Below, in pieces: positions 26,501-38,850 of a stretch of 64,000 nt of DNA. Both the position numbers and the translations under genes were made by a program. Every line of letters starts with the position of its first letter. The first letter of the stretch is position 1. The stretch lies in the NCBI RefSeq assembly GCF_036321535.1, contig NC_087472.1:101434001-101498000 (forward strand). Reading direction: 5' to 3'. Below the pieces are notes generated by a model. That model worked only from the letters and a program-made list of their open reading frames with translations, searched no databases and was not told the origin of the DNA. This DNA comes from Camelus dromedarius. Lineage: Eukaryota.

Positions 26501-27349
26501 CATCCTCAGAGCACAATTCTCTTGCTTGATGGAGAATCAGTGTCACACATTGCATTTGTCTTCAGGGAGGAAAAGAAAGAAGCAAATTTCAATGTGATCT
26601 TAGTATAAACCATTTTTAAACATTAAAAATTCCCCCTTCGAGATGCACTCTTAGGGTGGGGCAAATTTGGATCTCTTTTGAGTCAAGACTATAAACAGAA
26701 AATTCCTCACTCCTGGGTTGAAGGCTACCATGGATCAACTTACTGCTTGAAAATCTGCAGATTCTCCCATCAAATTGGCACAGATTCTGAGCACACTTGA
26801 AGATTTCCATGTTGTCACTTTTTAGGAAAACTTGAATAATGGAAGACCAAAGCTCAGATCCATTTGTTTGCCTCTGTCTTCTTTTCCAAAAGGAAGGCTG
26901 GCCCAAGCTTCTTACCAAAATTTAATCCCCCGAGAAGCACTTCTTTCCTCACCTCAGTTTGGAAAGAACACTATATAAAATAGACTTTTAAACAACTTAA
27001 ATAAATTCACAAGCTCTTACATGTACTTTCTGTGTTCATCTCTTCACCTTCCCTGCTCTACACCATGGAATATCCTGCAAACAGATTAAATAGTCCTAAA
27101 ATACGGTTTCTACCATGTCACGTCACCACTCAAAACACATTCAATTAATCCCAGTCACCTGCAGGATGAATTCCAAAATCTTCAGATAGACCTTTACATT
27201 CCTTTCTCTCACTCTTCTTTTACACAATCCCTTCACTTCAGAGTCCTCCTAAACACGACTTCCACTTTCCCAACCTTATTCCTCTTAATATGTCCTCATC
27301 TCAACCCTTGACAGCCCTCTCCCATCTACATATCTGAAATCCTTCAGAG

Positions 27350-27528
27350 CAGCGGTTCTCACAGTGGTCTTCAGACCAGCAGCATCAGCCCCACCTGGAA
27401 ACTTGTTAGAAATGCAAAGGCTCAGATCCCACCACAGACCTACTGAATCTGAGTCTTTGTGGTTGGAGACTTGCAGTCTTATTGAACAGTCCAGTGGTTC
27501 TGGTGTACACTCAAGTTTGAGAATACTT
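27350..27528. mobile_element. MER5A hAT-Charlie element, within L2 remnants (~27050-27790)
   Basis: cagcggttctca..accagcagcatcagc..cacctggaaacttgttagaaatgcaa..cagacctactgaatc..agtttgagaa. Confidence 0.85.
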
Positions 27529-28569
27529 TTCAGCTCAGATCTCAACTCTTCCTGGATGCTTCCCTGATCACTGTATCTTTGATCTAAGCTCCTGAGATGT
27601 TTCCATGTTCGTCCACTTCATTTGGCAGTCACCATGTGCAGCCTTGTGTAAGGTTAACAGCCTTTTCAGAAAGCCAAGGATGACTTCCATCCCTTCCTCT
27701 CTTCCACGCTCTTCCTGCCCTTCTTTCCTTTCTAATATACCACAGGCCCTAGCACAGACACTCAGTCGGCAGTTGTTGAGTGACTGAAGTTAGGTGGGTG
27801 AGCAGAGTTCGTATGTTTCGGTAGTAGCTTTTTAGCTTTGATGTCTGCAAGAAAGACATATCCTTCCAAAACCTGTCGTTTGGTTCTCCTGGCATAAACA
27901 GAATACTAGGACAACTGTCTCATGGCTCTGACTCTTCTAGCACTTCTTGAAGCTTGGTATTCTGTAGACACTATAAATGATTGATATAGACCATTGTTGT
28001 GTCAACTACCAATGACTAAAGCAAGTCCCAGAAAACTCTTGATTTAGCAAAGTTTGCTGGCCCAGTTCTGGCTAATTAGACAAAAGGTCCATAAATGGTG
28101 AATCAGAAAGGTCAATCTGATCAACTACTGGGACCATGTAGCTCTCACCTACCCCTGCCCTACTCCCTGGGAAAGTGACCCTTCTCAACATGGAGGGCAT
28201 CACTCTGAGCATCATGAGAACATCTGCCAGGTCCTTTGGTGGAGTGAGGCCCCAACCCTTTCAATACCATCTCCTTTTATAATTTGCTTCCCTTCCTGCT
28301 CACCATGAACCCTGCTTTCTGACATTTTCATCTACAAGACAACCTGCTTTTAAATGCCATGATACCCAAAGAGAAGTTAACCAAGCAAGCTCCGAGGAGT
28401 CTTGTGAGAACAGAGGGAGAGAGAGTCCTTTGTAAGACATTTCTGGACAAACAGTAAAGGTGGGATTATGATTTTTGTTCTATGACTCTACTATGGCCTG
28501 AGGTATTTCAACAGAATTTGTGGTTAGGGCTCATAAACCATTCTGAGATTCCAGCCCCACTTAGAGGAG

Positions 28570-29880
28570 TGAGCTCTAAAACTTTTTTGACCCAGGCAAC
28601 TGTATCAATAAAAATATTTTGTGCATGAATGGCCAATACAGATATATTTGTTTCTAAATTATATCTGTGTACTCCTGCTCTAATGTATTATGTACATGAT
28701 AAGTCCCACACCCAATGATACACTTTGAAAGGATGAAGAAAAGATAAAATGAATAATATTTTTAAAGTCTTTCCAATTGTGATAGCTTCCTACTATAATT
28801 TTCTAAAAGGTCAAGAAATTATACACAGTCACAGAAAGGTTTGTTGCAGTAGCAGACATTGTCAGTGTCCAGCCGAGATCCCCTTGGCCCTGTTGGTCAT
28901 TTGCAGAAGTTTCCTGTAAGAGCAACAGCTTCTTATGTCTCTCTTCATGAAAGCATTCTCTCACTGTTAAAGTGTGGTCAGTATGCACGGGGGAGACCGG
29001 AAGTGTCAGGGACCTAAACAGCCTAGGGATGATCCTTAACCAATGAGGATAAGAGTCAGTGGATAAATACCCCAACTTCCTTGAACCTCGGAGGAGGGAC
29101 AATTTTTTTCCGAGTCCCCCAGAGGGTCCTCAGCAGGACAGAGTCCCGGGTGCTCAAAGTAGTAATCCACTCATCAGCATACGCTTTATTGGCTTTCCTG
29201 CCTTTGTGTGTCACTTCCCCATGCCCTCACTGTGCTTCCTCCAATCACCTCCCGAATAAGATACTTGCATCTAAATCCTGGTCTTGAAGTCTGCTTTGGG
29301 GGGACTCCAAATGAAGATAATTGTTAATAACATATTTTAAGTGATTTTTAAGTGTAAGTTACTTGACAATTTCTATTTTAAAGTACTCTGATTAGATGTC
29401 CTCATTTTATATAATGTGCTGAGCTACTACTAGGGTGAGAGAATTGGCAGTGCTGCCAATTTTTCTTATACTTTTGTGAGCTTGTGATAATGGTAGTATC
29501 TTGATCTATGGTTTCTTTACAGGGATTTTTTTAAGTTACTTGCCAATTTTGAAAGAGTTATTAATTAAAACTGGGTAACATAATTTGTAATGCCACCTAA
29601 CCAGGAACATGTAAACTGTAATACTTTGTAATACGCTGAAAGGAGCGATCACATGAGGACTCCATTGTCAACTATTCCCAGGGTGGTACATGCACTCCTT
29701 CCTCAGGACACCTTGTAAAACGTGAAACATATGACCCTCTCATACAGACCACTAGTGGCAATCTATATATTAAATAGTAGTAAAACTGAATCTATCTATT
29801 CATTCTAACATTTGTTCCCTACATCCCAATGTATTATCTCATTCCTGGGGTATGATGACCCCATTTTGGAGACTACTGCT
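28570..29880. mobile_element. Old hAT-Charlie-type element, apparently split by the LTR16 insertion
   Basis: Charlie-like ends aaaacttttttgaccc.. and ..ccccattttggagactactg followed by ctctagag. Joining the two halves is an inference. Confidence 0.45.
28845..29320 (+). mobile_element. LTR16A-like ERVL solo LTR
   Basis: accggaagtg..aaccaatgaggataagagtcagtggataaatacccc..tttattggctttcct..atcacctcccgaataa..tctgctttggggg. Confidence 0.8.
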
Positions 29881-30599
29881 CTAGAGACTCTTAAGGCCAT
29901 GTCTAAACAGCCAAAGCCAAATGGAGGATTGAGGCCAATGAAAAAATACACTCTCTAACAGAGAATCACCACTCGGGGCAAAGTAGGTATAGTAGGTGGG
30001 CAGTATTTCTCTGACTTGATGTCCATGAGTCCTTGAGTTCTTGAGTGCTGTGTCTGAAGGAAGAAAGAGGAGTTAGAGTCATGAAGTGTGCAGGTAGAGA
30101 AGGGTGGAGAAATTGGAAATGAGGATAAGAGAGCAGAAGGCAGGGTTTTGGTTCTTGCCTGGTTTGACAGAATGGTTTTTGAGGCTCAATGGAGAAAGAT
30201 ATTATTGAGGTCCAACATGGAAGGAGCCATTTTATGAGACGCTTTGATGAGACTGAACACAAGCATCTTTTTTCTGGGGCTCAGGAGACAAAGAATACCA
30301 CACAGTGGAGAAGAGAGGTGTTCTCTGGACTGCTACTGCATCATGGACCATTTAGGGAGCATGGCAAGAGAGCACACTTGGTGGGGAAGTTGGACTTACC
30401 AGCAGCAGCAGCAGCAGCACTAGGAAGAGACCCTCACTCCAGCTTTGAGCCGGTGAAACTGACACGGGGAAGCCATGGCCAGAGAGAAGCAAGATGTTTT
30501 CATAGTGGATGAGTGGGTCCTGCGACTGCCACAGTGTTTCATGTGAAATCCCTCCAGGGACATCCAGGACTACTTGATCGAAAGGGGGCTTTTCTAGAA

Positions 30600-30964
30600 A
30601 GCTGTCTGTTTGGGCTGCTGTAACAAAAATGCCAGGCACTGGGTGGCTTGTGAACAATAGAAATGTATTTCTTACAGTGCTGAAGGCTGAGAAGTACAAG
30701 ATCAGGATGCCAACCTGGTCAGGTTCTAGTGAAGGCCCACTTTTAGGTTGCAGACTGCTGACTTCTTGCATTGTCCTCACGTGGTGGACGGGTTCAGGGA
30801 GCTCTCTGGGGGTCTCTTTTATAAAGCACTAGTCCCAGTCATGAAGGCTCTGCCTTCATGGCCTAATCACCTCCCGAAAGCTCCACCTCCTAATACCATC
30901 AGCTTGGGGGTTAGGATTTCAACATAGAAATTTTGAGGAGGACACAAATATTCAGACCACAGCA
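30600..30964 (-). mobile_element. MLT1A0-like MaLR solo LTR, essentially complete
   Basis: tttgggctgctgtaacaaaa..cctaatcacctcccgaaag..gttaggatttcaacat..gacacaaatattcagaccacagca. Confidence 0.88.
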
Positions 30965-31931
30965 CTGATGACTCTGAATTAGCAGGTGGAGTTAAGAGCC
31001 AGGAAGTTTGGATTAATTTAACCTCATTCATATCCCCCAGGAGACATTTGGTTCACAGTAATAACTTGGGTCTTTTTACTGTCAAAGAAGTAAATGAGTA
31101 TTTCACTTCAAATAATCATTTCTCCACTTTGCTTTGGCACTGTACAGCCAGCAGCCCCATGGCAGAGAAAATAACAATGACTTTTTACGTGTTCACTTCA
31201 CACGGGGGCAGTATTTGGTGCAGGGGAATACTGTGAAGCATCAGTTGATGATATGATATTGAAGAACAAATGGAGAGGAGAACCAATAATATTACTGCTT
31301 CTTCTAAGCAGGTTTCCAAGAGCAGACTTGCTTCCCGCTGCTCTGAGTTGCAGAATTATAGATGTTAGAACTTGCCCTATGAATGAGTATATCACTCCTC
31401 TTGGTGAATCATTTGTACATCGTATGAGTGGTATCTTGTGGCTGTGACCCTTAGATTCCTCCAGTTGAGTAATAATTTGTACTATTGGGTGAATTTTTGC
31501 ACTTGTAGTTTACAAACTTGATCATTCTTACCCAACTCCTTGTCATCTCACCTCCTCATAGAGTCATGATTTAAATAGCTCAGTTGTGAGACTGAGGTCT
31601 CAAATTACCAAAGTACTGTAACTTTTCTCACAAATACTACAAGACTTGTAAGAGGAAGCTAAGACCCCCAAAACCAGTGGTACCTCATATAGAAGTGTCA
31701 GCTAACTGCAAGATGAACACTTTTGAAAGCTTGGTTCACTTTTTTGGGATGCTGGGAAGCCATTTAATGTGCTGGAAGAAATTTGGGGATGAGTGAGATG
31801 GCATCCCAACATTTTGAAAGTTAAGAGATTTTTCCAAAGATACCTTAATCTATTTCCAGTGAGTACTTTCCCATGGCTCAATATAACAAATAGTCATTGC
31901 CCAATCACACTTGCTAAAATACATAAAATAC

Positions 31932-31932
<1 letters not shown>

Positions 31933-31978
<46 letters not shown>

Positions 31979-31992
31979 TATATATATATATG
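31933..31992. repeat. Compound (TA)n(CA)n(TA)n microsatellite
   Basis: Directly visible. Confidence 0.95.
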
Positions 31993-34727
31993 ATTTTATG
32001 TTACATATATGTATGTTTGAATCTTTCATTAGATTTCTAAAAGTTGACCCTGAAAAAGGAAGAAATATAGATACCATTATATAGAGAGATCTAATGAAAG
32101 ACTCAAAAACATTTAATCAGGAGGTGGTCAGCTTTTATCTGAAATCCTGTATATACCATTGGGAACAAAGGCTTAGTTTATATGGAAGTGACAGTGGGCA
32201 AATGAAACTCAGAAATGTGACATTTTAGAAGTTGTCATGGATAAATTCTAGAAGTCAGAAGCTTAAAGATAAGATGCAGTTTCACAAACTTATCCAAATG
32301 CCAATTATAATTTAATACTCTCTCTCTAGGAGTAAGTACTCCATTGGTGGTAATCATTATCTTGAAATGAATTCATGAACATTAATTAAGCCACCTCCAA
32401 GCAGGATAATTAAGAGACAGTTAATAAAAGACATTTAATACTAGTTATATTTTGTGAACAGTTGTCTCTATTGAAACTTTTTGTTCATTTGCCAGATAGG
32501 TAAAAGGTACTTGACTGTAGTGGTATATTTTCTGGCAGAGGTTGTGTTTGGAGTTGGAGAGCGGCACCCTGGGAAACAGTGTGCTGTTACCATGGTCTTG
32601 GAATGTCATAATCCTGAATTCTGCAACCATCCTGCAGCCAAATGCCAAAGCAATTTTGGGCAAGCAACCTAATGCTTCAGCTCCCCTGGTTTCTAATCCC
32701 ATCATAAAACAAATATAATAATAATCTCTCTCTGCTTCTTAACACTCTTTCTACCCTTGGCTTCAATGTCCTCTTCAAAATCTTTCTAATCTCTCCTTTT
32801 ACTTTGCTCATTCTCAGTAGCAAAGGTAGTATATTTGATACCTGGAGCAGATCATTTTTTGAAGTGCCCTTTATTTCTATGCCAAAATTATTTTTAGTAT
32901 CAATCATATAACAATCATAATAATATTTTTCTTCAATTATTCTTTAGTTTTAAAATAAACAATTAAAAAGAAATTTTGGTCTGTACAAGATGACTTCGAC
33001 CCATTTCTCCCTGATTCCCCCTGCTAAGTATAACTATAAACACTGGAAAGAACTTAAGAGGCAAACAAAGGAGCACTCTGAAATGTGGGAAAAGGAACTG
33101 GTTTGGATCCGAAGAGGAACAACACAGCCACAGGATGTCTTACATCCCCACCTCCCCTCAACAGAAGAAAGCAACCCACGCCTAGCATTTCCATAACCCC
33201 AACCTAGCAACACAGGGTAGCCCAGGTAGGCTCATTACTCTACCAGATGAAATAGTATGTTCTCTGATAACACCAGCTGAATTTGACAGCACTGGTAAAC
33301 TGGATGGATAAGGAGCCCCTCTAAAAACAAGCAGCTAAAGGAAGTGCTTGCCTCTCTTGCCAGACCTAAGACTAGCCTGCCTTACTGAGAGACACCAAGT
33401 GGCAGGTTGACACTGGCAAGAGAGATTCTGCCACACACAACAAGCTGCCTGACCCAGGAAACACTCTTCATCCCTGTGGGCCCCCAGACTCCCTTCCTCC
33501 ACCTAGAGACATCAGATGGCCCTGCCTGGAGCAACCCCTTTCAGGCAACACCATCAGGGAACAGTGGGAGCCCTCTCAGCAGCGCCAGATAAACCAAGAA
33601 CACCAAAAAATACTGCAAAGACTCTGAAAAATAAGCTATTGTTCAAACCACACTCCACAAAAGTAGGCCAGGACCTGCATGCTAAACCTAAACAAGTGAC
33701 TCCTGCTAAAATAAAAGATTTAAGTAGGACCTAGAGTCTCACAAAATAATAGTAAAAATGTCCAGGATACTAATGAAAACCACCCATCATATCAAGAGTC
33801 AGAAAAATCAAAATGTGAATGAAAAAAAAGACAACCAACTGATGCCAAAACAGAGATGAATGAGATGTTGGAATTATCTGACAAGGAGTTTAAAGTATCC
33901 ATAACAACAACAGCAACAACAAAACTTCAACAAGCAATAACAAATTCTCTTGAAACAAATGAAAAAATAGAAAATCTCAGCAAAGAAATACAAGTTATGG
34001 AAAAGAATGAAGTGGAAATCTTCTAACTGAAAAATATACCAAAAATTTTAAACTTCCTTGATGGGCTCAATAGAAGAGTAAATATGCCAGCAGTTACAAT
34101 CAATGAACTTGAGGACAGATTAATAAAATTTATTCATCTAAAAAAGACAGAAAATAGATTGGAAAAAATGAATGGACTCTTGGGGGCCTATGGAACAATA
34201 AGAAAAGATCCAACATTCATATCATTGGAGTCCCAGAAGAGGAGAAAGAGAATGAGGCTGAAAGACTCATTTGAAGTAATGATGTAAAAACACCCCAAAT
34301 TTGGCAGAAGAAAGCGCAAAGATACAAGAATCTGAGCAAACTCCAAACAGGATAAATTCAAAGAAATTCATATTGACACACTGTAGTTAAACCTCTCAAA
34401 GCTGAAGGCAGAGATATAATCTTGAAAGCAGCTGGAGATAAAATGATGTTGACCTATCAGGAAACACCAATTCAGATGACAGTGGATTTCTCATCTGAAA
34501 CCATGGAAGATAGAAGGAAGTGGTACAATATATTTCAACTTCTGAAAGGAAAGAACTGCCAACCCAGAATATCCTTTAGCTGAGAAGGGGAATCAAGACA
34601 TTCTAAGATGAAAAACATTAAGAGAATTAGTTGCTTCCAGACCTACTTTTAAATATTGGCTAAAAGATGTTCTTCAAGCAGAAAGGAAGTTATAAAAGAA
34701 GGAATCTTCAGGCATCAAGAAGGAAGA

Positions 34728-35910
34728 GTTAATTTTGTATCCTGCAACTTTACTGAATTTTTATTAGTTCTAATGGTTTTTTGCTGGGGTCTTTTAGGAT
34801 TTTCTACACATAGGATCATGTCCTCTGCAAACAGTTACACTTCTTTTTTTTTTTTCCAATGTAGATGCCTTTTATTTCTTTTGCTTGCCTAATTTCTCTG
34901 GCTAAGATTTCCAGTACTGTGTTGAATAGAAGTAGTGAGAGTGGGCATCCTTTTCTTGTTCCTGATGTTACAGGAAAAGATTTTACCTTTTAATCCTTGA
35001 GTATGCTGTTAGCTATGGGCTTGTCATATATGGCCTTTGTCATGTTAAGATAAATTCCTTCTATACCTAATTTGTTGAGAGTTTTTATCATGAAAGGATG
35101 TTTAATTTTATCAAGTGCCTCTTCTGTATATATATTTAGATGATGTGATTTTTATCCTTCATTCTGTTAATGTGATGTATATTACAATTATTGATTTGTG
35201 TGTGTTCAACTATCTTGCATCCCAGGGATAATCTCCAGTTGATCACGGTGTATGATCCTTTTAACGTGCTGTCGAATTTGGTTGCTATTTTGTTGAGGAC
35301 TTTTGCATCTCTGTTTATCAAAGATATTGGCCTGTGTGATTTTCTTTTCTTGTAGTGTGCTTGTCTGGCTATGGCAGCATAGTAATGCTGGCATAATAAA
35401 ATGAGTTTGGAAGTGTTCCTTCCTCCTCAACTTTTTGGAAGAGTTTGAGAAGGATTGACATTAAATCTTCTCTAAATGGTTGATAGACTTCACCAGTGAA
35501 GCCATCTGGTCCTGGGATTTTCTTTGTTGAGAGGTTTTTTTTTTATTACTGATTCAAACACTTTAATCATTATTGGTCTGCTCAGATTTTCTGTTCATGA
35601 TTCAGTCTCGGTAGGCGGTATGATTCCAGGAATTTATTAATTTTTCTGGGCTATCCAGTTCATTGGCACATTATTTTTCATAATATTCTCTTAAGACCCT
35701 TTTTATTTCTGTGATATCAGTTGTAACGTCTCCTCTTCCATTTATAGTTTTATTTATTTGAGTCTTCTCTTTTTTTTCTTAGCCTAGATAAAGGTTTGTC
35801 GGTTTTGTTTATCTTCACCAAAAAACCCTCTTAGTTTTATTTTTATCTTTTTATTTTTCTAGTCTTTATTTCATTTATTTCTGCTCTCATCTTTATTATT
35901 TACTTCCTTG
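34728..35910 (-). mobile_element. Nested antisense L1 ORF2 fragment
   Basis: Abrupt switch to a T-rich strand. Minus translation gives INRDAKVLNKI and [13 protein letters not shown]. Confidence 0.85.
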
Positions 35911-37373
35911 AACAACAGAAAGAGCACATGGGTGAATACAAGAGACTATCCTTCTCCTAATTTTATAAATTATATTTTACAATCAAAACAAAAGTTATAA
36001 CACCATCTAATACTCAAGACAATGATATTTGAAAGCAATGAGAATAAAGGGACTTAAATGGAAGGAAGATTTCCACACTTTACTTGAAGTGGCAAAATGT
36101 TGATATGCTAGAATATGATCCATTGCATATTTATGTTGTAATATTCAGAGCAACCACTAAGAAAGCTGTACAAAGAGATACATTCAAAAACAGTATAAAT
36201 AACGCAAGGTGAATTTCTTAAAAAAAACTGTTCAAGTAATCCACAGGAAGGCAAGAAAAGAAAAAAAGAGGAAACAATCAAAAAACAAATAATAAAATGG
36301 CAGACTTAAGCTCTAACATATAAATAATTATCTTAAATGTAAATGGTCTGGATACACCAATAAAAAGGCAGAGATTGGTTAAGTGAATTAAAAAACATGA
36401 CCCAACTATATGTAGTTTATTGGAAAAAGAACCTCACTTCAAATTAAGCGACACACCCCTAAATAATCCATGTGTCAAAGAGGATGTCTCCAGTGATGTA
36501 ACTACATGGAAACAAATTAAAATGAAAACACAACATAAGAAAATATGTGAGATGCAGCTAAAACAGTGAGAAATTTATAGCAGAAAAGAGGAAAGATCTC
36601 AAATCAATAACCTAAGTTCCTATCTCAAGAAACTAGAAAAAGAAGAGTAAAATAAACTGAAAGCAAGAAGAAGAAAGGAAATAATAAAAAGCAGAAATAA
36701 ATAAAATTGAAAATAGGAAAATAATAGTAAAAATTAATAAAGTGCCGATTCATAAAAAAATAATATTGATAAAGTTCTAGTACAGCTATTAAAAATAAAA
36801 ATAGAGAAGAAAAAAGCACCAATATCAGAAAGTAAACAGAGCTATCACTACAGATCTTATTAGGCATTAAAAGGGTAAGGAAATACTACAAACAATTTAC
36901 ACTAATACATTTAACAGTTTAGGAAAAATGGACCAATTCCTGTAAAGCCAGAAGGTACCAAAACTCAACCAAAATGAAATAGATAATCTGAAGCATCCTG
37001 TGACCACTACAGAAATTAAGTTTGCGATTTTAAAATTCTCCAAAATAGAATTCTCTAGGCCGAATTTCATAGGAGAATTCTACCAAACATTTAAAGAAAA
37101 ATTAACATCAATTATACAAAATCTCTTCCAGAGAATAGAAAAGGAGGAAAATTTTCCAACTTATTTATGAGGCAAATGTTACCCTGATACTAAAACTGGA
37201 CAACTAGTATAATAAAAGAAAACTACGTACCAATATTGCTCATGAACTTAGACACAAAAATCATTAGCACAGTATTAGCATGTGGAATCTAATAATGTAT
37301 AAAGAAAATATAATTAAGTGGAATTTATTCCAGATATGCAAGGCTAGTTCAATATTTAAAAAGTGTATCAATG

Positions 37374-38736
37374 CTGATCTTCGACAAAGAAACAAAGGCA
37401 ATACAATGGAATAAAGATGGTCTCTTCAACAATTGGTGCTGGAACAACTGAACATCACATGTAAAAAAAAAAGCTAGACACAGACCTTATACCTTTCAGA
37501 AAAATTAACTTAAAATGGATCTTTGACCTAAATATAAAATGCAAAACTATAAAACTCCCAGAAGCTAACAAAGGACAAAACCTAGATATCCTTGGGAATA
37601 GCAGTGACTTTTTAGATAAAACACCAAAGGCACAATCCATGAAAGATAGAACTGGTAAGCTGGACTTCACTAGAACTTAAAAGTTCTGCTTTGCGAAAGA
37701 CAATGTCAAGAGAATTAGAAGACAAGCCACAGCCTGGGAGAAAAGATCTGCAAGAGATACATCTGATAAAGGACTTTTACCCAACATATACAAAGAACCC
37801 TTAAAGTTCAACCATAAGAAAACAGACCAATTAAAAAATTGACCAAAACCCTTAACAGACACCTCAGCAAAGAGATACAGATGGCAAGGAAGCATATGAA
37901 AAGATCCTCCACATCGTATGTCATAAGGGAAACTCTCATTCACTGCTACTGGCAATGCAACATGGTATAGCTGCTTTGGAAGATAGTTTGATGGTTTCTT
38001 ACAAAATTAAACATACTCTTCCCATAGGACCCAGCAATCCCACTCTTTGGTATTTACCGAAAAGAGCTCAAAACTTACATCCACACAAAAACCTGCATAT
38101 GGATGTTTATAGCAGCTTTATAAATAATTGCCAAAACTTTCAGGCAACCAAGATGCTCTTCAGTAGTTGAACAGATAAACTGTGGTACATCCAAACAATG
38201 GACTATTACTCAACACTATATGGAATATTATTCAGCACTAAAAAGGAGTGACCTATACAGGCCATGAAAAGACATGGAGGAAACTTAAATGCATATTACT
38301 TGAGTGAAAGAAGCCACTCTGAAAGGCTAAATACTGTATGATTCCAACTATATGACATTTTGGAAAAGGCAAAAAAAAAATCAGTGGTTACCAAGAGTTG
38401 GGGGTCAAAGGAGAGATGAACAGGTGGAGCACAGAGGATTTTTAGGGCAGTGAGATACTCTGTATGATATTATAATGATGGATACATGTCCTTATACATT
38501 AGTCAAAATTCATAGAAAGTACAACACCAAGAGTGAAATCTAAGGTAAATCACAGGCTTTGGGTGATTATGATATGTCAATGTAGGTTCTTCATTTATAA
38601 CAAGTATACCAGTCTGCTGAGTGATGTTACTAATGCAGAGGCTATGCATGTGTGGGGGCAGAAGGTATATGGAAAATACCTCTTAATTTTGCTGTGAACC
38701 TAAAACTGCTCCAAAAAAAAGTTTTTAAAAAAATAA
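37374..38736 (+). mobile_element. Nested 5'-truncated L1MC1-like element
   Basis: L1MC1-type 3' UTR (gagcacagaggatttttagggcagtga..acaacaccaagagtgaa..), A-tail, and flanking direct repeat atcaatg (37367 / 38737). Confidence 0.85.
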
Positions 38737-38850
38737 ATCAATGAAATTTATCATATCAACTGAGTAAAGAAGAAAAACCAAATAATCAATATTAATTGAT
38801 GCAGAAAATACATTTGACAAAACTTAACACTCATTCATGATACAAATTCA

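Larger units (their letters stand above)
32985..38850 (+). mobile_element. Ancient LINE-1 (5' UTR, ORF1, 5' part of ORF2) hosting nested L1 insertions
   Basis: The 5' end resembles that of the 18-24 kb element. ORF1 remnants lie at ~33900-34700, the endonuclease start (aatgtaaatggtct) at ~36335, and the RT motif IDAE..FDK at ~38790-38820. Confidence 0.85.

Noticed and set aside
30189..30512. 107-aa ORF spanning a short (CAG)n run
   Set aside because: No recognisable homology or splice context; only about six triplets.
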